From NCBI GenBank assembly GCA_964016885.1, contig OZ024753.1, forward strand, positions 3,968,001 through 4,032,000: 64,000 nucleotides of DNA, in the 5' to 3' direction. The stretch is from Eledone cirrhosa. Taxonomy: Eukaryota. Below are positions 1-13,045 of this stretch, piece after piece; the first letter of the stretch is position 1; each line of letters begins with the position of its first letter. Made by a program: the position numbers and the translations under genes. Below the pieces are notes generated by a model. The model was not told the DNA's origin. It made no database searches and was given only the letters and a program-made list of their open reading frames with translations.

Positions 1-1019
1 TAAAATGGATCTCCTCCTGCCAGATGGTGTACTTCAAAAGTTTATAAAACATGGGCGACATTTTTTCTTTAGTCAAATTCCAACAAATCGAGCAATATAT
101 TTTTTATATGAGTCAGGTAATAATAAATCTCTGAAAATGGAAAGATATGCAATTTCATCACCAACATCTCTAGTTTTTATTTATACCTGCAATATTAGTT
201 CGGCAAGTGCAAAACTTTAGACAGAATTCCTACTATAGCATCTTAAATAAGCTACAAATCTGACATTAACGCATTCCAACACCCATCTGTTATATCTTAG
301 CTATTAGCATTATTTCTTTTGTTGACAGGTTTCTTCGGCTTTGCTCGCCAGTGACTTCAGCTTGTCAGCAATAACGATGTTTATCCTGATGTCATAGGAA
401 TAAAGAGTAACTTTTAAACATCATTTCTTGTATTTACCTCAATATTTGTCAGCTACAAAGCATTACTTGGCACTTTGTTCATCTATTGATATATAAGTGC
501 CATCTCTTCTGGTTAAGTATTTTAGACTTATGTTAATGCCAAATACAAGAACATGAAATAGTAAAAGACTGGGATATATATATATATATAAATGAGAGAG
601 AGAGAGAGAGAGCGAGAGAGCGAGCGAGAGAGAGCGAGAGAGAGCGAGAGAGAGAGCGAGAGCGAAAATAGGGGTGAGAGAGCGCGCCGAGTAAATTCAA
701 ACAAAATATTACTTATTTAATATATGCCCACTGAGGTGAGCTGAGATTAGATCGTATTTGTACATTGTGTAATGTTTTATTCTAAATTATACACTCGAAA
801 TATGGTATAGACGATTCACTTATCACCCAGTTATCGGCGTTGCTGTTAAACACTGTGTGCGCATGCGTGCGTGCGAGAAGTCTGAGGTCAACACTTAGTA
901 ACCAAAAATGCATTGGATGTTCACATAATGGCTTTCATTAAAATGCATCACTTAATTACTAAAAGTGGCAGGCATGTGATAGTAAGAATAAGGATAGGAT
1001 AGGAATATGAGTTCGAATG

Positions 1020-1840
1020 TGGGAGGAGAGAGTGGCAGGGAGAGGGAGGGAGAGAGTGACAGGGAGAGGGAGGGAGAGAGTGGCAGGGAGAGGGAGGAGA
1101 GAGTGGCAGGGAGAGAGAGGGAGAGAGTGGCAGGGAGAGAGAGGAGAGAGTGGCAGGGAGAGAGAGGGAGAGTGGCAGGGAGAGAGAGGGAGAGTGGCAG
1201 GGAGAGTGAGGGAGTGAGAGAGGGAGAGAGAAACAGAGGAACGGAGAGAGGCAGAGGAACAGAAAGAAACAGAAAGAGAGACAGAAAGAGAGACAGGAAG
1301 AGAGACAGGAAGAGAGACAGGAAGAGAGACAGGAAGAGAGACAGGAAGAGAGACAGGAAGAGAGACAGGAAGAGAGACAGGAAGAGAGACAGGAAGAGAG
1401 ACAGGAAGAGAGACAGGAAGAGAAACTAGCAGGAGAGAGACAGAAAGAGAGACAGAAAGAGAGACAGAAAGAGAGACAGAAAGAGAGACAGGAAGAGAGA
1501 CAGAAAGAGAGACAGGAAGAGAGACAGAAAGAGAGACAGGAAGAGAGACAGGAAGAGAGACAGAAAGAGAGACAGGAAGAGAGACAGGAAGAGAGACAGG
1601 AAGAGAGACAGGAAGAGAGACAGAAAGAGAGACAGGAAGAGAGACAGGAAGAGAAACCGGCAGGGGAGAGACAGGAAGAGAAACTGGCAGGAGAGAGACA
1701 GGAAGAGAAACTGGCAGGGGAGAGACAGGAAGAGAAACTGGCAGGGGAGAGACAGGAAGAGAAACTGGCAGGAGAGAGACAGGAAGAGAAACCGGCAGGA
1801 GAGAGACAGGAAGAGAAACTGGCAGGAGAGAGAGGTAGGA
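1020..1840. repeat. Purine-rich compound minisatellite (GAGAGTGGCAGG-type units, then 12-bp GAGAGACAGGAA/GAGAGACAGAAA, then ~27-bp units)
   Basis: Tandem units are directly visible. They explain the SLPV-repeat and RKRD-repeat ORFs. Confidence 0.95.
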
Positions 1841-3399
1841 GAGGATCACGGAGGCCAGTGAGACAGAAGGACGGGCAGGAGAGAGAGGCCTATGCAGGAG
1901 GCAAAGGAAGACAATTAAATACCGTTATTGAAATACATAAGCCGAAGTAAATTCAATCATATCTTGTTTCTTTGACTAACACAACAAATACTGTTACAGT
2001 CCACGCATACACAATTGTCATTACTTTCACATTACAGCAGATTTAAAACATATGCATATATCACCAGAAATGAATTACGCACTTTTCTGAGAAATTTAAC
2101 TGGAAGCTGAGCTGAGAAAATGTTTAGATATTTCGTATTGGCAACCTAAAGGCGATAGACTGATCCAAAAATATATTGCATATTCTTGGAGAAACACAAG
2201 TGAAAATAGTTACAGTCGTCAATGCCAACATAAATACCAAGCAAAATACCAACTTATCGACAACTATGATAATAATAGCAACAACAATATTGATAAAATA
2301 AAATAATAAATAAATGAAACGATAAATAGCAATATGATAATGTAGATATACTAAAATATTTCAGAAGGCTGAAATACTTGTGTGCTAAATGTTAATGCGC
2401 TTTAAATTCCTGGTGTAGAGACTAGTAAGTCTTGTTTTAAATATTAAAGATGTCTTTCACACAAATATACTACAATTCTTGACATAACACCTATATTTGT
2501 TAGATTGAAAAACGAAAGATTATTAGAAAATAGATGTTCCCAGAGTTGAGACCTGGGTTGTTATATGAAAGATATAATGTTGTGCTATTTAGTTTTAGCA
2601 TATTTCACATTTTCCTGGACTACGAGGCTCGATGTATTCTACAGTGGCCTGTCACTTAGCTAAATGCGGCTCTACAAATACAGTTTTACAAATTAAGAGA
2701 AAAAGAGTAAACGTTACTCTGGTCTATCAAAACCTTACTAACTGAAATAGTAATATGGTTATAATTTAATTTATAGTTGCTGTTAAGATAGTAACATTTT
2801 CTTTATACATAATAAAATATGATTTAAAGATGCTTCACTTTACTGGTTCGAGTTTAAACTATACAAACATGAAACTTCTGTCCAACTGGTCTCTCTGAGA
2901 TGAATGGAGAAGGGTGACTGTTTCTCCATATACTCCATCAATACCTGTGTGTTGCTGACTTGGGGAATTACGTTCAAAAAGTGTCGTTTCGTATATATCG
3001 ATAGCACTACCTGTCCAAAAATGTTTCTCGTCTTATTTACAGATTATACCAAAGACTTTAACAAGGAATATTTTGCAAACAAGTAGAAATAAATAAATCT
3101 TACGGAGCAAAATTATGCATGACGACTACCCAAGAGAACAAAATAATAACAATTATTAATATTCTATTGGCCACCAGCAACAAAACATAAAAAAAGGGCC
3201 TTACAAAAACAGGCACAGTCGGAGTTTACATAAAACATTTTAAAAGATAAAATAAGTAAAAATTAACACCACCAATAACAAATTTTCTCAATAGGGGCAT
3301 GTACCACCCAGGGTTAACTTAGGAACAATACAGATCTTAAGTGCTCCAAATCTCCAAGAGCACCTCCCGAAATTATTTTTAGTTATTTGTGAATACGCC

Positions 3400-3650
3400 C
3401 CGATAAGGAAGGACGAGAGGTTTTCCTATGTATAGTTTATGTGGTGAGAGATGTTCTCGTAGTGACGATTGAAATCAAGAAGACCGACACATTCCTCTCC
3501 GGTCAAACGCTCAACAACGTTATCACTTTTCAATTGGAAAGAAAGGTGAAGGGAGAGGGAAATATTCTCTCCTCCAGTAAATGTACTAAAATGTGGGTTA
3601 AATTTGCGAAAATGGCAAGAGAGAATGAGTCTACTCTCAGTGGCTATATT
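3400..3650 (+). mobile_element. Decayed C-terminal end of an L1/Tx1-clade LINE ORF2
   Basis: Translates ...EGREVFLCIV...KTDTFLSGQTL...FQLERKVKGE..ILSSSK..KMWVKFAKMAR. This aligns by eye with the minus-strand remnant at 18040-18560 (EGRAVILLL...FHLERNVGVE..VL...FVKSWLNVARFA). The clade call rests on recalled similarity to Tx1-type ORF2 ends. Confidence 0.6.
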
Positions 3651-4329
3651 TCGAATAACAAAAGTTGGGTGAATGCATTTGCTCTTGGTCGTCACGCTGA
3701 TAGTGAATCTGTAAGGAGCTTTAGAGTTAAAGTTTTCAGGTATCTTTACAAAGAGGATTGGATAACATATATAATTCTATACTCTGTATATCATGTACAA
3801 CTGTCAATCATTCTCTCATTTCTATGAAAAATCCCATATGGATGTTGTAACTCGTCTTACAAATACCTTCTGCATCCCATGAAGTTGTAGTAAATATAAT
3901 AAATTATTATTATTCTATTTTTTATTTATGATTATTTTCCATTATCTAATGCTTGATATCCTACTATCCATTTTACTTGCTTATTGTGCTCCCCTTCGTG
4001 TTCATTGTATGTATCTGTGTTTGTTATTTATACCTTAATCCTTTATGGCTTATTAGAGATTATGTGTTACTAAATTATTAAGATAATAGATTATTCTATT
4101 CTAAAACTTCCTGCCTTATCTCTCTCTCTCTCTCTCCATCTATTCATTACAGTCTCTTTCATCCCAGACCTACTCTTTGTTATTGTGAATCTTGTATGGA
4201 TAAACATGAATAGAGAAATCTGAACGCCATACAAGAGTAACTGATTCACCAGTCAATTATAGCTAAGATAAGAAAATGAATTTAATTTCATTTCCCACCA
4301 TAATATATAAACAGACCTTGCATTGCATG

Positions 4330-4520
4330 TGTGCACACCAGTGAAGCTCTGTTTGTTTCAGTGAGAAGTGTTCCATTTGGTCGATCAAATCAAGTATAGA
4401 TTAACGAAATCAATCTGTAAGGAGCAGAGTATTCCAGAGACACGTGGTCCCTTAATTATATCCTCAGGAATGTACGCAGTGACAAATTGTGGCAAAGCTG
4501 TTGCTTTGAATTACAAATGA
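4330..4520 (+). mobile_element. Degenerate fragment of a second SINE-like interspersed repeat
   Basis: The motifs ttccagagacacgtggtcccttaa...cagtgacaaattgtggcaaagctg...tttgaattaca resemble a common octopod SINE body. Recalled similarity only; single copy in this window. Confidence 0.4.
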
Positions 4521-6100
4521 GGAGTGAGCTTTAAGGTAACGTCAGAGATAACTACTCTAAATCGGTGTACCCATATCTATTGGGGAACTTATTACTCCAC
4601 ACTTGTTATCGTTTTCTATTGTAACTATGGCCTGTTTATTGTTGCTATTAATACATGTGATGTTTACCCTTTGGTGATATGTCCTTACCCTTTGCGAGTT
4701 ATGAATGCCATACTGTGTTGATTTTGCCCTTGAACATCGCGTCCGCTCCTGATTAACACCTGACCGTTATGCCTAAACCCCGTCCGCGCCTCACCAATAT
4801 GGATCTCCTTCATTTCAATTTCTTCATGGACTGGTAAGGCGGTCCATCTACTGCCAGCATCCTCTACGTAGAGTGTTAGGCATGCCGGGGCTGATAATAC
4901 GCAAGCATGTGCTGATATCTTCAGATATTCCTAAACGGTAAACGGGTGTGCCAACCGTTGCGAGACATGTCTTTCCGTAGATCAATTCTTTCAGCAATAG
5001 TCGTGAATGAAATGACTACCGAGACTGGGCGCCTGGTGTTTGGAATGCTCTCACGGAAAATTCAACCCTAGCGTTCTATTGAGGAATAGCGGTGCGTGAT
5101 ACAGCAGACATTCACTTATTGGAGAATTTTATTTTTACGAAGTTACTTTCAATTGCCACCAGTTATATTTTCTACACTTTTTTCTAAAAATCTATTGTCC
5201 CTGTATATTTTAATATCCTTTATATTACGGCCCTAGTGGCCAATAAAAAAATGAAAATCATATTTAGTAACAATACGAACGATGCTGCAGAATCCGAATA
5301 TTTCTCCATGAAGTGCCAAGTTCAACTCAATATTAAAAATCTAAAGAGCAATTTATCGAGTACTTTATAAACGTATCCTTCTTGCTTTTTACCAACACAC
5401 ATGCATACTGACACGCAACAAAACATATACGCACAGGCACGTACACAAACAATTTTATTTGATACATGCTTGTATACATGGAACCGCCATGCCTGTCGGA
5501 AATGCAGCGGAGCGGTATAGACAAGTTTTGTGCATTTGAATCCCGGTGAAGACCATCCCACACCGACCCCGATTCATTCAAGTGAATGAAAATGAATGAG
5601 ATGAAGAAGAGGTATAGACAAAAACACCAACTCAAGTACTAGACTGGCACAGATTTAACGACCTTGGAGGGATAAAAAGCAATGTTGCCCTGAGCAGGAT
5701 GTGGAATCAGAGGAGGACAATAGACGGAACAAATATCACAATATCTCTCGTTTGCTGCCATAAATTTTGATACAGATGATAAAAATTGTAAATCTGAAGA
5801 CGCGTTGAAATACATTTTAGAAAAAAATACTATTATAGGCATGACCAGAGAAATAGATTTGTGACAGGGGTGAAATTCCCACAATGGACAATTTTCTGTT
5901 ATTAAGTGAATAAATTGAAGAGAAACAATTCACTGGAGAATGAATTCATATCAGGTTTAAGACAGTGGGAATCGATATATATATATACATTATACTGAAA
6001 TATACACCAAAACCGTCACCGCTGCATACGACATTGACAGCCTTGGAGTCAGTATCAATATATACATACATACATACATACATACATACATACATACATA

Positions 6101-6505
6101 CATGGTGGCCGCCAACTCGTTTTCGAGTACGGCCACTACTTAATATCCATGTAGGAGAACCCCAACCGATGGGCTGAACGAGTATGACTTTTTAGTCCAG
6201 CCAGCCACTTGAAAACTCTGGTACAAACACTACACTTGTGACAATTATTGACACACAGTGCTGGGCCCATGGTACCATATGACGACAAGTGCAGAGAGAA
6301 CTCCAGATATAAAGCAATGCCTGTGTCGTGAAGCTTTTATAGTGAGCAAAGGCACTGCATAAAGCCAGTCCCACTCTCTTAACCAAGATGATATTTAGCA
6401 AAAAGAACAAGTCAACATCATTGGATACCATCAGGGTTGCAGGTGTTATATCAGAGTTTTCCTTCTCCTAGAATTATGCATTGACAAATGCTAAGGGGTC
6501 ATCTC
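6101..6505. mobile_element. Interspersed repeat embedded in (CATA)n, copy 1
   Basis: Flanked by CATA tracts. Shares colinear blocks with 55198-55540: caatgcc.gtg..gtgaag, agtgag, aaaaagaa..tcaacat.at.gg.tac, ttctcctaga...atgc...acaa.tgcta. Confidence 0.6.
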
Positions 6506-7664
6506 ATACATACATATGTGTATATACAATTGAAACGTTCCTAGGCTTATTAACATTTACCAAATGAGATGTATTATTCAACATAGTACCTGGAAATGCA
6601 TGCAAGCTTTCAGAGCTGTAGCATCAATGCTTCATAATCTACCTATGATCATTTCGGTCAATCCTCGTCTAATTACCTATATTTCATTACCTATATTTTT
6701 CTATCCCACAGGAAGCTCAAAAGTACAGCCTTTACAAATTTTGTTTTTTTTTGTCAGAGCTCCAACTTTTAGCTTCTTGTCTCTTGGTTTTCCACAACAC
6801 CAATCTCAATAATTACAAAAAAATAGTAAACTGGATAGAATTACAGAAGTATGATCACAATAACATCTCTTTATAGTTCTATTTAGGTGTCTCCCAATAT
6901 ATCAATCTATTTATCCTTTTCATTATAACTAATTATATATATCTTTATAGCTATCATTTTGTTGTTGTATGCGTGTCAAGCTAGCTGTATAATACGTTTG
7001 CAAATATAATTGATTTAAATGAGTGTAAATTGAAATAAGGGTATAGCCAAATAAGAAGAGGATCTGGGAAAATTCCGTAATTGAAGGTTCATCACGGAGT
7101 TGGGCTATCAATGAATCTTTAAAGAGATATGTTACTCTACAACGTACGCTACCAATTTCTATATATATGACATTGCACACATACATACACACGCGCGTGT
7201 GTGCGTGCGTGCGTGTATATATATATATATATATATATATACATACATACATACACGCACTGTATATATATATATATATATATATATACAGTATGTCTGT
7301 TGAGAAAGAGTGGAAGAAGGAAGAGTCCAATCGGAATGGGAGAGAGGCATGTAATGATCATCATTTTTTATAGTGTAATTATTTCAGTAAATGTGAGGTT
7401 GAATATAAACTGTTTTGTATAAACTAATTCATATAACAAGAATTCATTGACTGCTAAGTTACTGAAGAAAAACAAGGACGAAAGAAGAAAGCTGATTCCG
7501 AATACGAAAGGGAAATGTTGGCAATATTTGTCAGAAGTAGTTATGTTAAACCTGTTCAGAGAACCTAGGGAGACATCAGTGGACATGAACCGAATAAATA
7601 TATAAGTAGGCTAGAGAAACGGAATGAAGAAACACTATACCAACGCATGTAAGTTGCATATAAT

Positions 7665-8650
7665 AATAGTAGCAGCAGCAGTTGTACTGATTAGCAGCAG
7701 CAGCATTAGTGGTAATAACAGCCGAATTAGTAGCACTAATAGCAGCAAGAATAGTAGTGCTAACAGCAGCACCAATAGTAGTGCTAACAGCAGCACCATT
7801 AGTAGTGCTAACAGCAGCACCAATAGTAGTGCTAACAGCAGCACCAATAGTAGTGCTAACAGCAGCACCATTAGTAGTGCTAATAGCAGCACTAATAGTA
7901 GTAATAATAGCAGCACCAACAGTAGTAGTAATAGCAGCATCAATACTAGTAGTAATAGCAGCACCATCAGTAGTGTTAATAGCAGCACAACAGTAGTAGT
8001 AATAGCAGCATCAATACTAGTAGTAATAGCAGCACCAAAAGTAGTAATAATAGCAGCACCAACAGTAGTAGTAATAGCAGCACCAAAAGTAGTAATAATA
8101 GCAGCACCAACAGTAGTAGTAATAGCAGCATCAATACTAGTAGTAATAGCAGCACCATCAGTAGTGTTAATAGCAGCACCAACAGTAGTAGTAATAGCAG
8201 CATCAATACTAGTAGTAATAGCAGCACCAAAAGTAGTAATAATAGCAGCACCAACAGTAGTAGTAATAGCAGCACCAAAAGTAGTAATAATAGCAGCACC
8301 AACAGTAGTAGTAATAGCAGCATCAATACTAGTAGTAATAGCAGCACCATCAGTAGTGTTAATAGCAGCATCAATACTAGTAGTAATAGCAGCACCATCA
8401 GTAGTGTTAATAGCAGCACCAACAGTAGTAGTAATAGCAGCACCAAAAGTAGTAATAATAGCAGCACCAACAGTAGTAGTTATAGCAGCACCAACAGTAG
8501 TAGTAGTAATAGCAGCACCAAAAGTAGTAGTAATAGCAGCACCAAAAGTAGTAGTAATAGCAGTACCAAAAGTAGTAGTTATAGCAGCACCAAAAGTAGT
8601 AGTTATAGCAGCACCAATAGTAGTAATAATAGCAGCACCAATAGTAATAG
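7665..8650. repeat. Trinucleotide-derived ~24-bp minisatellite (AGTAGTAATAGCAGCACCAACAGT and variants)
   Basis: About 40 visible units. Generates open frames on both strands. Confidence 0.95.
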
Positions 8651-10129
8651 TATGTTTAACAGATCCATGTATTTTAATACATTCCTGCACAATATATTCA
8701 AATATATATGAAAAGGAAGATATAGATCCTCGGATCTGACTAGTGTAAAATAAGTTTCGGTTAAATTCCGCAAAAAATCTGATACAAAAGGAACAATAAT
8801 CTGGAGCCAAAATAGTTACAATAAAGCGAAGGTAAGAAAATATATATATGTGCCAAAGGAACATTGGATATTTTTACTGCTCATGGCATAATAAAATACG
8901 TCCATGCTTTCACTTTTATGAAATAATTTACAATCTCACTAAATTCCTGTTGGTGTACTTTCTGCAATTGTTTCCTTTATTTTTTTTTTATTAGATATAT
9001 ATATATATATTTTTCTTGGTTTATATGTTGCGTGTGTGAATGAGCGACAGTATTACTTCCGTACTCAAATACATGTGTGTGGGAGGATTTACTACTACTC
9101 TTACAACTACTGTTATTTCTACTACTACTAATCTTACTACCACCACTATCAGTACTAGGGAGACTGCACAGCAATAGTTTGTTTTACTTATCAGGAAAAT
9201 ATATATGAAAAAAAGCACAAAAAGCACAAGTAAATCATAAAAAAACACAGTTTATCTTTGAATGGTTATACTTTGACGTATGCAACTAAATTTATTATGT
9301 TTTTATATCCAGCGTTTCCGATATAAACTGTTTTTAGTAACACTTTTAACACACAGCAGTCATGGAGAGAATAAATTATAGATAAAACAAAATACAATTT
9401 CGTAATTTTAACTAGTGTGTCAGAATATATATATAATGTATATATTCTGTGTGTTTATGAATATATGTGAATGTGAATGTCATAAAAATACGCGTGTGTT
9501 GCATATGCTTCCCGCCACTTGTAAATATATTCTGGAAAGCGCGCAAACTGGAAAATCTCAAGGTAACACTAGTGTGAATCATTCAGAAATAGAAGAGAAA
9601 ATTGTAAGTTAAAAAAATGAAAAAAGGAAGGAGCGGCAAAAATATGAGGGAAAATGGAGGGGGGGGGGGAATCACACGTGTGTTAGGTCAGCCATTTTGT
9701 ATATATATATTTTTTTTTCTGTCATATCCGATGACTTCGTTTCAGTATTATATATATACTGGGATAATTGCTGGCCTTGTGCCAAAAAGTAGAAACAATT
9801 ATATATATATATATATATATATATAACCGATGTAAACGGTTATATATATAAGTATTGTATTCAATTTCTATGTTATATATGAGTACTTAATATACAGGTC
9901 GCCTAGCAAATATTCACTTTACTGAAGTGTTGTACCAGTTTTTGCATATAATAAAGAAACTAATATATTTACATTGTTATAAATATTGTTCTATCAATTT
10001 ATGGATATACACAATCATCATGTATATATGTATGTATAAGCATTGTGTTATTAGTTTTCGGGCATAGAATAATAAATATTTCTATAAGAAAGATTGAACA
10101 AAATTAAGAAACAATTCGATCTTTCAAAG

Positions 10130-10515
10130 ACTGATATGGGCGCGTGCTGCTCTGTTCAAGGTAGATTTATACGGCTTTCCAAAGGTGTATGCACAATATT
10201 TGAAGGTAACTGGCGGAAAGGAAATGGTGGCGCACTTTCGTGTCTAACTCGATAAAACTACTGCGAAAAGCCGGACTACTGACAGCACTGAGCGGCTGTA
10301 CGAGGCTTCGGTCACCGGTTTGTATTGTATACCCTATCAGATTTACGTAGCTATGCCAGACCTGTTCGCCGATATTCTCACAGCTATGTACTATATCTCG
10401 CAAACCAACGGGTGAATTTCCATTTGTTTAAGCCAGAGTGTAATAGCACGTGAAAAAGGGAGACGTAATTGAAAATTTTCGGCCCATAACTCTTCTAAAT
10501 ACATTATGCAATATG
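10130..10515 (+). mobile_element. L1/Tx1-clade LINE ORF2 fragment (start of reverse transcriptase), pseudogenised
   Basis: Encodes RSP/GL.CIPYQIYVAMPDLFADILTAMY..QTNG (a decayed KSPGLDGLPYE motif) and GDVIENFRPITLLNT (the RT motif NxRPIxLLN), with stops and frameshifts. Confidence 0.8.
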
Positions 10516-10740
10516 CAATCTCTCGCTGTTCGATGAATCTCTCGGTCGATTAGATGGCAATTGCTGTTCTGAAATGAACAAAAAATACTTATTTCATTCT
10601 TCATTATTGAACAGCGATTGACGTGTATGGAATCGAGAGAAAAGTAACACTACATAACAGTACACATTGCAGCTGTATAAATATGATTATACGCTAAAGC
10701 CGATATTGAGTACTTGTTTTTTGTCTGTTTTATAAGCAAC

Positions 10741-10775
<35 letters not shown>

Positions 10776-12737
10776 ATATATATATATATATACAGAGTGT
10801 CTAAGAATATATGAATATATGTACCAATGCTTCTTTGTATGAGTGTATATGTATTTTATTCATGTATTATATAGAAAATATTGCTAAATGGAATACTATC
10901 CGATGCTTAATTTGAAATGAATGGAAATATAAAATAACTTGTTATTTCATGTTTTTCTACTTGTGAATACATTTCGTTCCTCTCTGCGTCAGTATCAATT
11001 GTGATCTACGATATTCAAAAGATCCGGTCGTTTTATGAAGTACGTAATCCCTTTGATCACTGCTTATACAAAGTATTATTGAAAATCACATTTATAATCC
11101 GAAAGCTGGATTATCAAAATAATATAAATATTTTTAAATAACGACAAACATAATTTGTCAGTGTGTGTGTGGTGCATATATATATATATATATATATAGC
11201 TAAGCTATATATATATATAGCTAAGCTATATATATATATATAGCTTAGCGTTGTTTGGAAAATTATATATATAATTGTATGAATTATTAGCATTATCAAA
11301 TCAAGTACGTTTTCGCCAACACATGCAAGTTGGCTATATATATATTCACTCACTTGGTTTCCCTCACTCATCAATAGAGATTTGTGAATTTATTGATTGA
11401 AAGATTATGCAAGTAACAAATACCAAGGCATGCACGAACCATTAAACATCTGGCAAAAATCTATGTCCAAGTACACAGGAACAAGCACTCCCACACACAT
11501 ATTCTCATGCCATAACTTCACTGAGCGTTGCACTATCAAGTGCAAGCAGGTGACTTCTCACACCAACTTTTGTTTTGCAGGTACGTTCATAGATTTAATA
11601 CTTCAACTGTCTGTCAACTGACAAAGATAAAAATTAATAGAGGAAATTAGAAAGATATATAGAGAAAGAATCGACCCCAGTATTAGACTGAAAGGCAAAG
11701 TTGATCTCAGCGGGATTTTAACTCAGAGAGCATATATATATATACATATATGTATGTATGTATGTATGTAGAGTCCCTTATCTTATGACTCTTGAGTTAT
11801 AGGGGCGCCGTTTTGACACCGTTTATACCTGGTGGAGCCCATATATATACATACGTGTGTGTATGTTCTGATTATATATCACCTTTATGTCACCACATAT
11901 ATTCTTCCTCAATTTTTATCTTTTTGACTTGGAGAGGTTATGAGCGTGATCTGTGAAACTTCGTAATAATGACTTAATTTCCTTAAGTCATCTATAATTT
12001 TAGTACAGGAAATGGTTTATAAATTATGTTTGAATCTTTAGTGTGCATCATAAATTAATGTTTCAATTCATCGATCATTGAATATACGTCACAATTATCG
12101 GAGATTATTTCAAAGTCCAAAATCACGGTTACTACGAAATAGAAATACTATACTACTTACTATACACATTTAAAGTATACGTAACTTACAGATGTGATAC
12201 TTAATTTGTTTAAGCTACTAAAATAACAAGCAATTGCGACATGCATTTAAAACATAATTGGATAGTTATAGTTACAGACTAAACACAATGTAATACGATT
12301 TGCATTTTAGTTGACAATTTCCATAGATTAAACACTAGAGGATAGACGTCAAATTTAAGAACATACGGAATATAGTTTACAACAATCGATTCATTATTAA
12401 TAGGTATGGGCATAAATATTGGACTTTATTCTAGCTTAGGCAGCTAGCATTTATACTTGCCACATACAAATTAACATCATCCATCATATTTAATTTAAAG
12501 AAAGCTAAATGATCAGCCAAATTCTTGAGAGCTATCTATGACACTCAACGATATTAATAACGTCGCCACATCAAAGTTGCCGCATGTAATTAAAGTAAAT
12601 AATTTAGTTAATGATAATGATTTACGGTAATTGAGTACAACATATTCTTTCTTAGCAGCTGTTTAACACACAAGAAAATAAAATGAAGTAACAAAAGATA
12701 TGGTTTAATATTATACATACGTGCACAAAAACGCACA

Positions 12738-12780
<43 letters not shown>

Positions 12781-12944
12781 AGGTATGTGTAGGTGTCTGT
12801 AAGTATATATATGTGTGTGTGTGTGAGCGTGCGTGTCCCGGGTCCAATCGTGGGTAACTACAGTAATTAAGGTACTCAATACATGGCAGAGTATAAATAT
12901 TTAGTGTAGAAATAGCTTCTACAGGTCTAGAATTGTTTCATTTG

Positions 12945-12983
12945 AAGGAAATCATCAGGAAAGGCTTTCCTGATGATTTCCTT
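12945..12983. repeat. Perfect 19-bp inverted repeat with a 1-nt spacer
   Basis: aaggaaatcatcaggaaag-g-ctttcctgatgatttcctt. Confidence 0.9.
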
Positions 12984-13013
12984 TATGGACATACTTACAC
13001 ACACATATATATA

Positions 13014-13045
<32 letters not shown>

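Noticed and set aside
959-1849. SLPV-repeat and RKRD-repeat ORFs
   Set aside because: Translations of the GA-rich minisatellite.
5794-5812. CTGAAGA-cgcgtt-GAAA
   Set aside because: No convincing stem I or stem III with a cleavage triplet.
7624-8864. 371-aa and 409-aa ORFs resembling secreted mucin or antifreeze-like proteins
   Set aside because: Entirely explained by a minisatellite that is open on both strands. No unique coding domain or splice support.
10136-10255. Short ORF MGACCSVQ... resembling a myristoylation/palmitoylation N-terminus
   Set aside because: Lies within or against a decayed Tx1-type ORF2 fragment, so probably coincidental.
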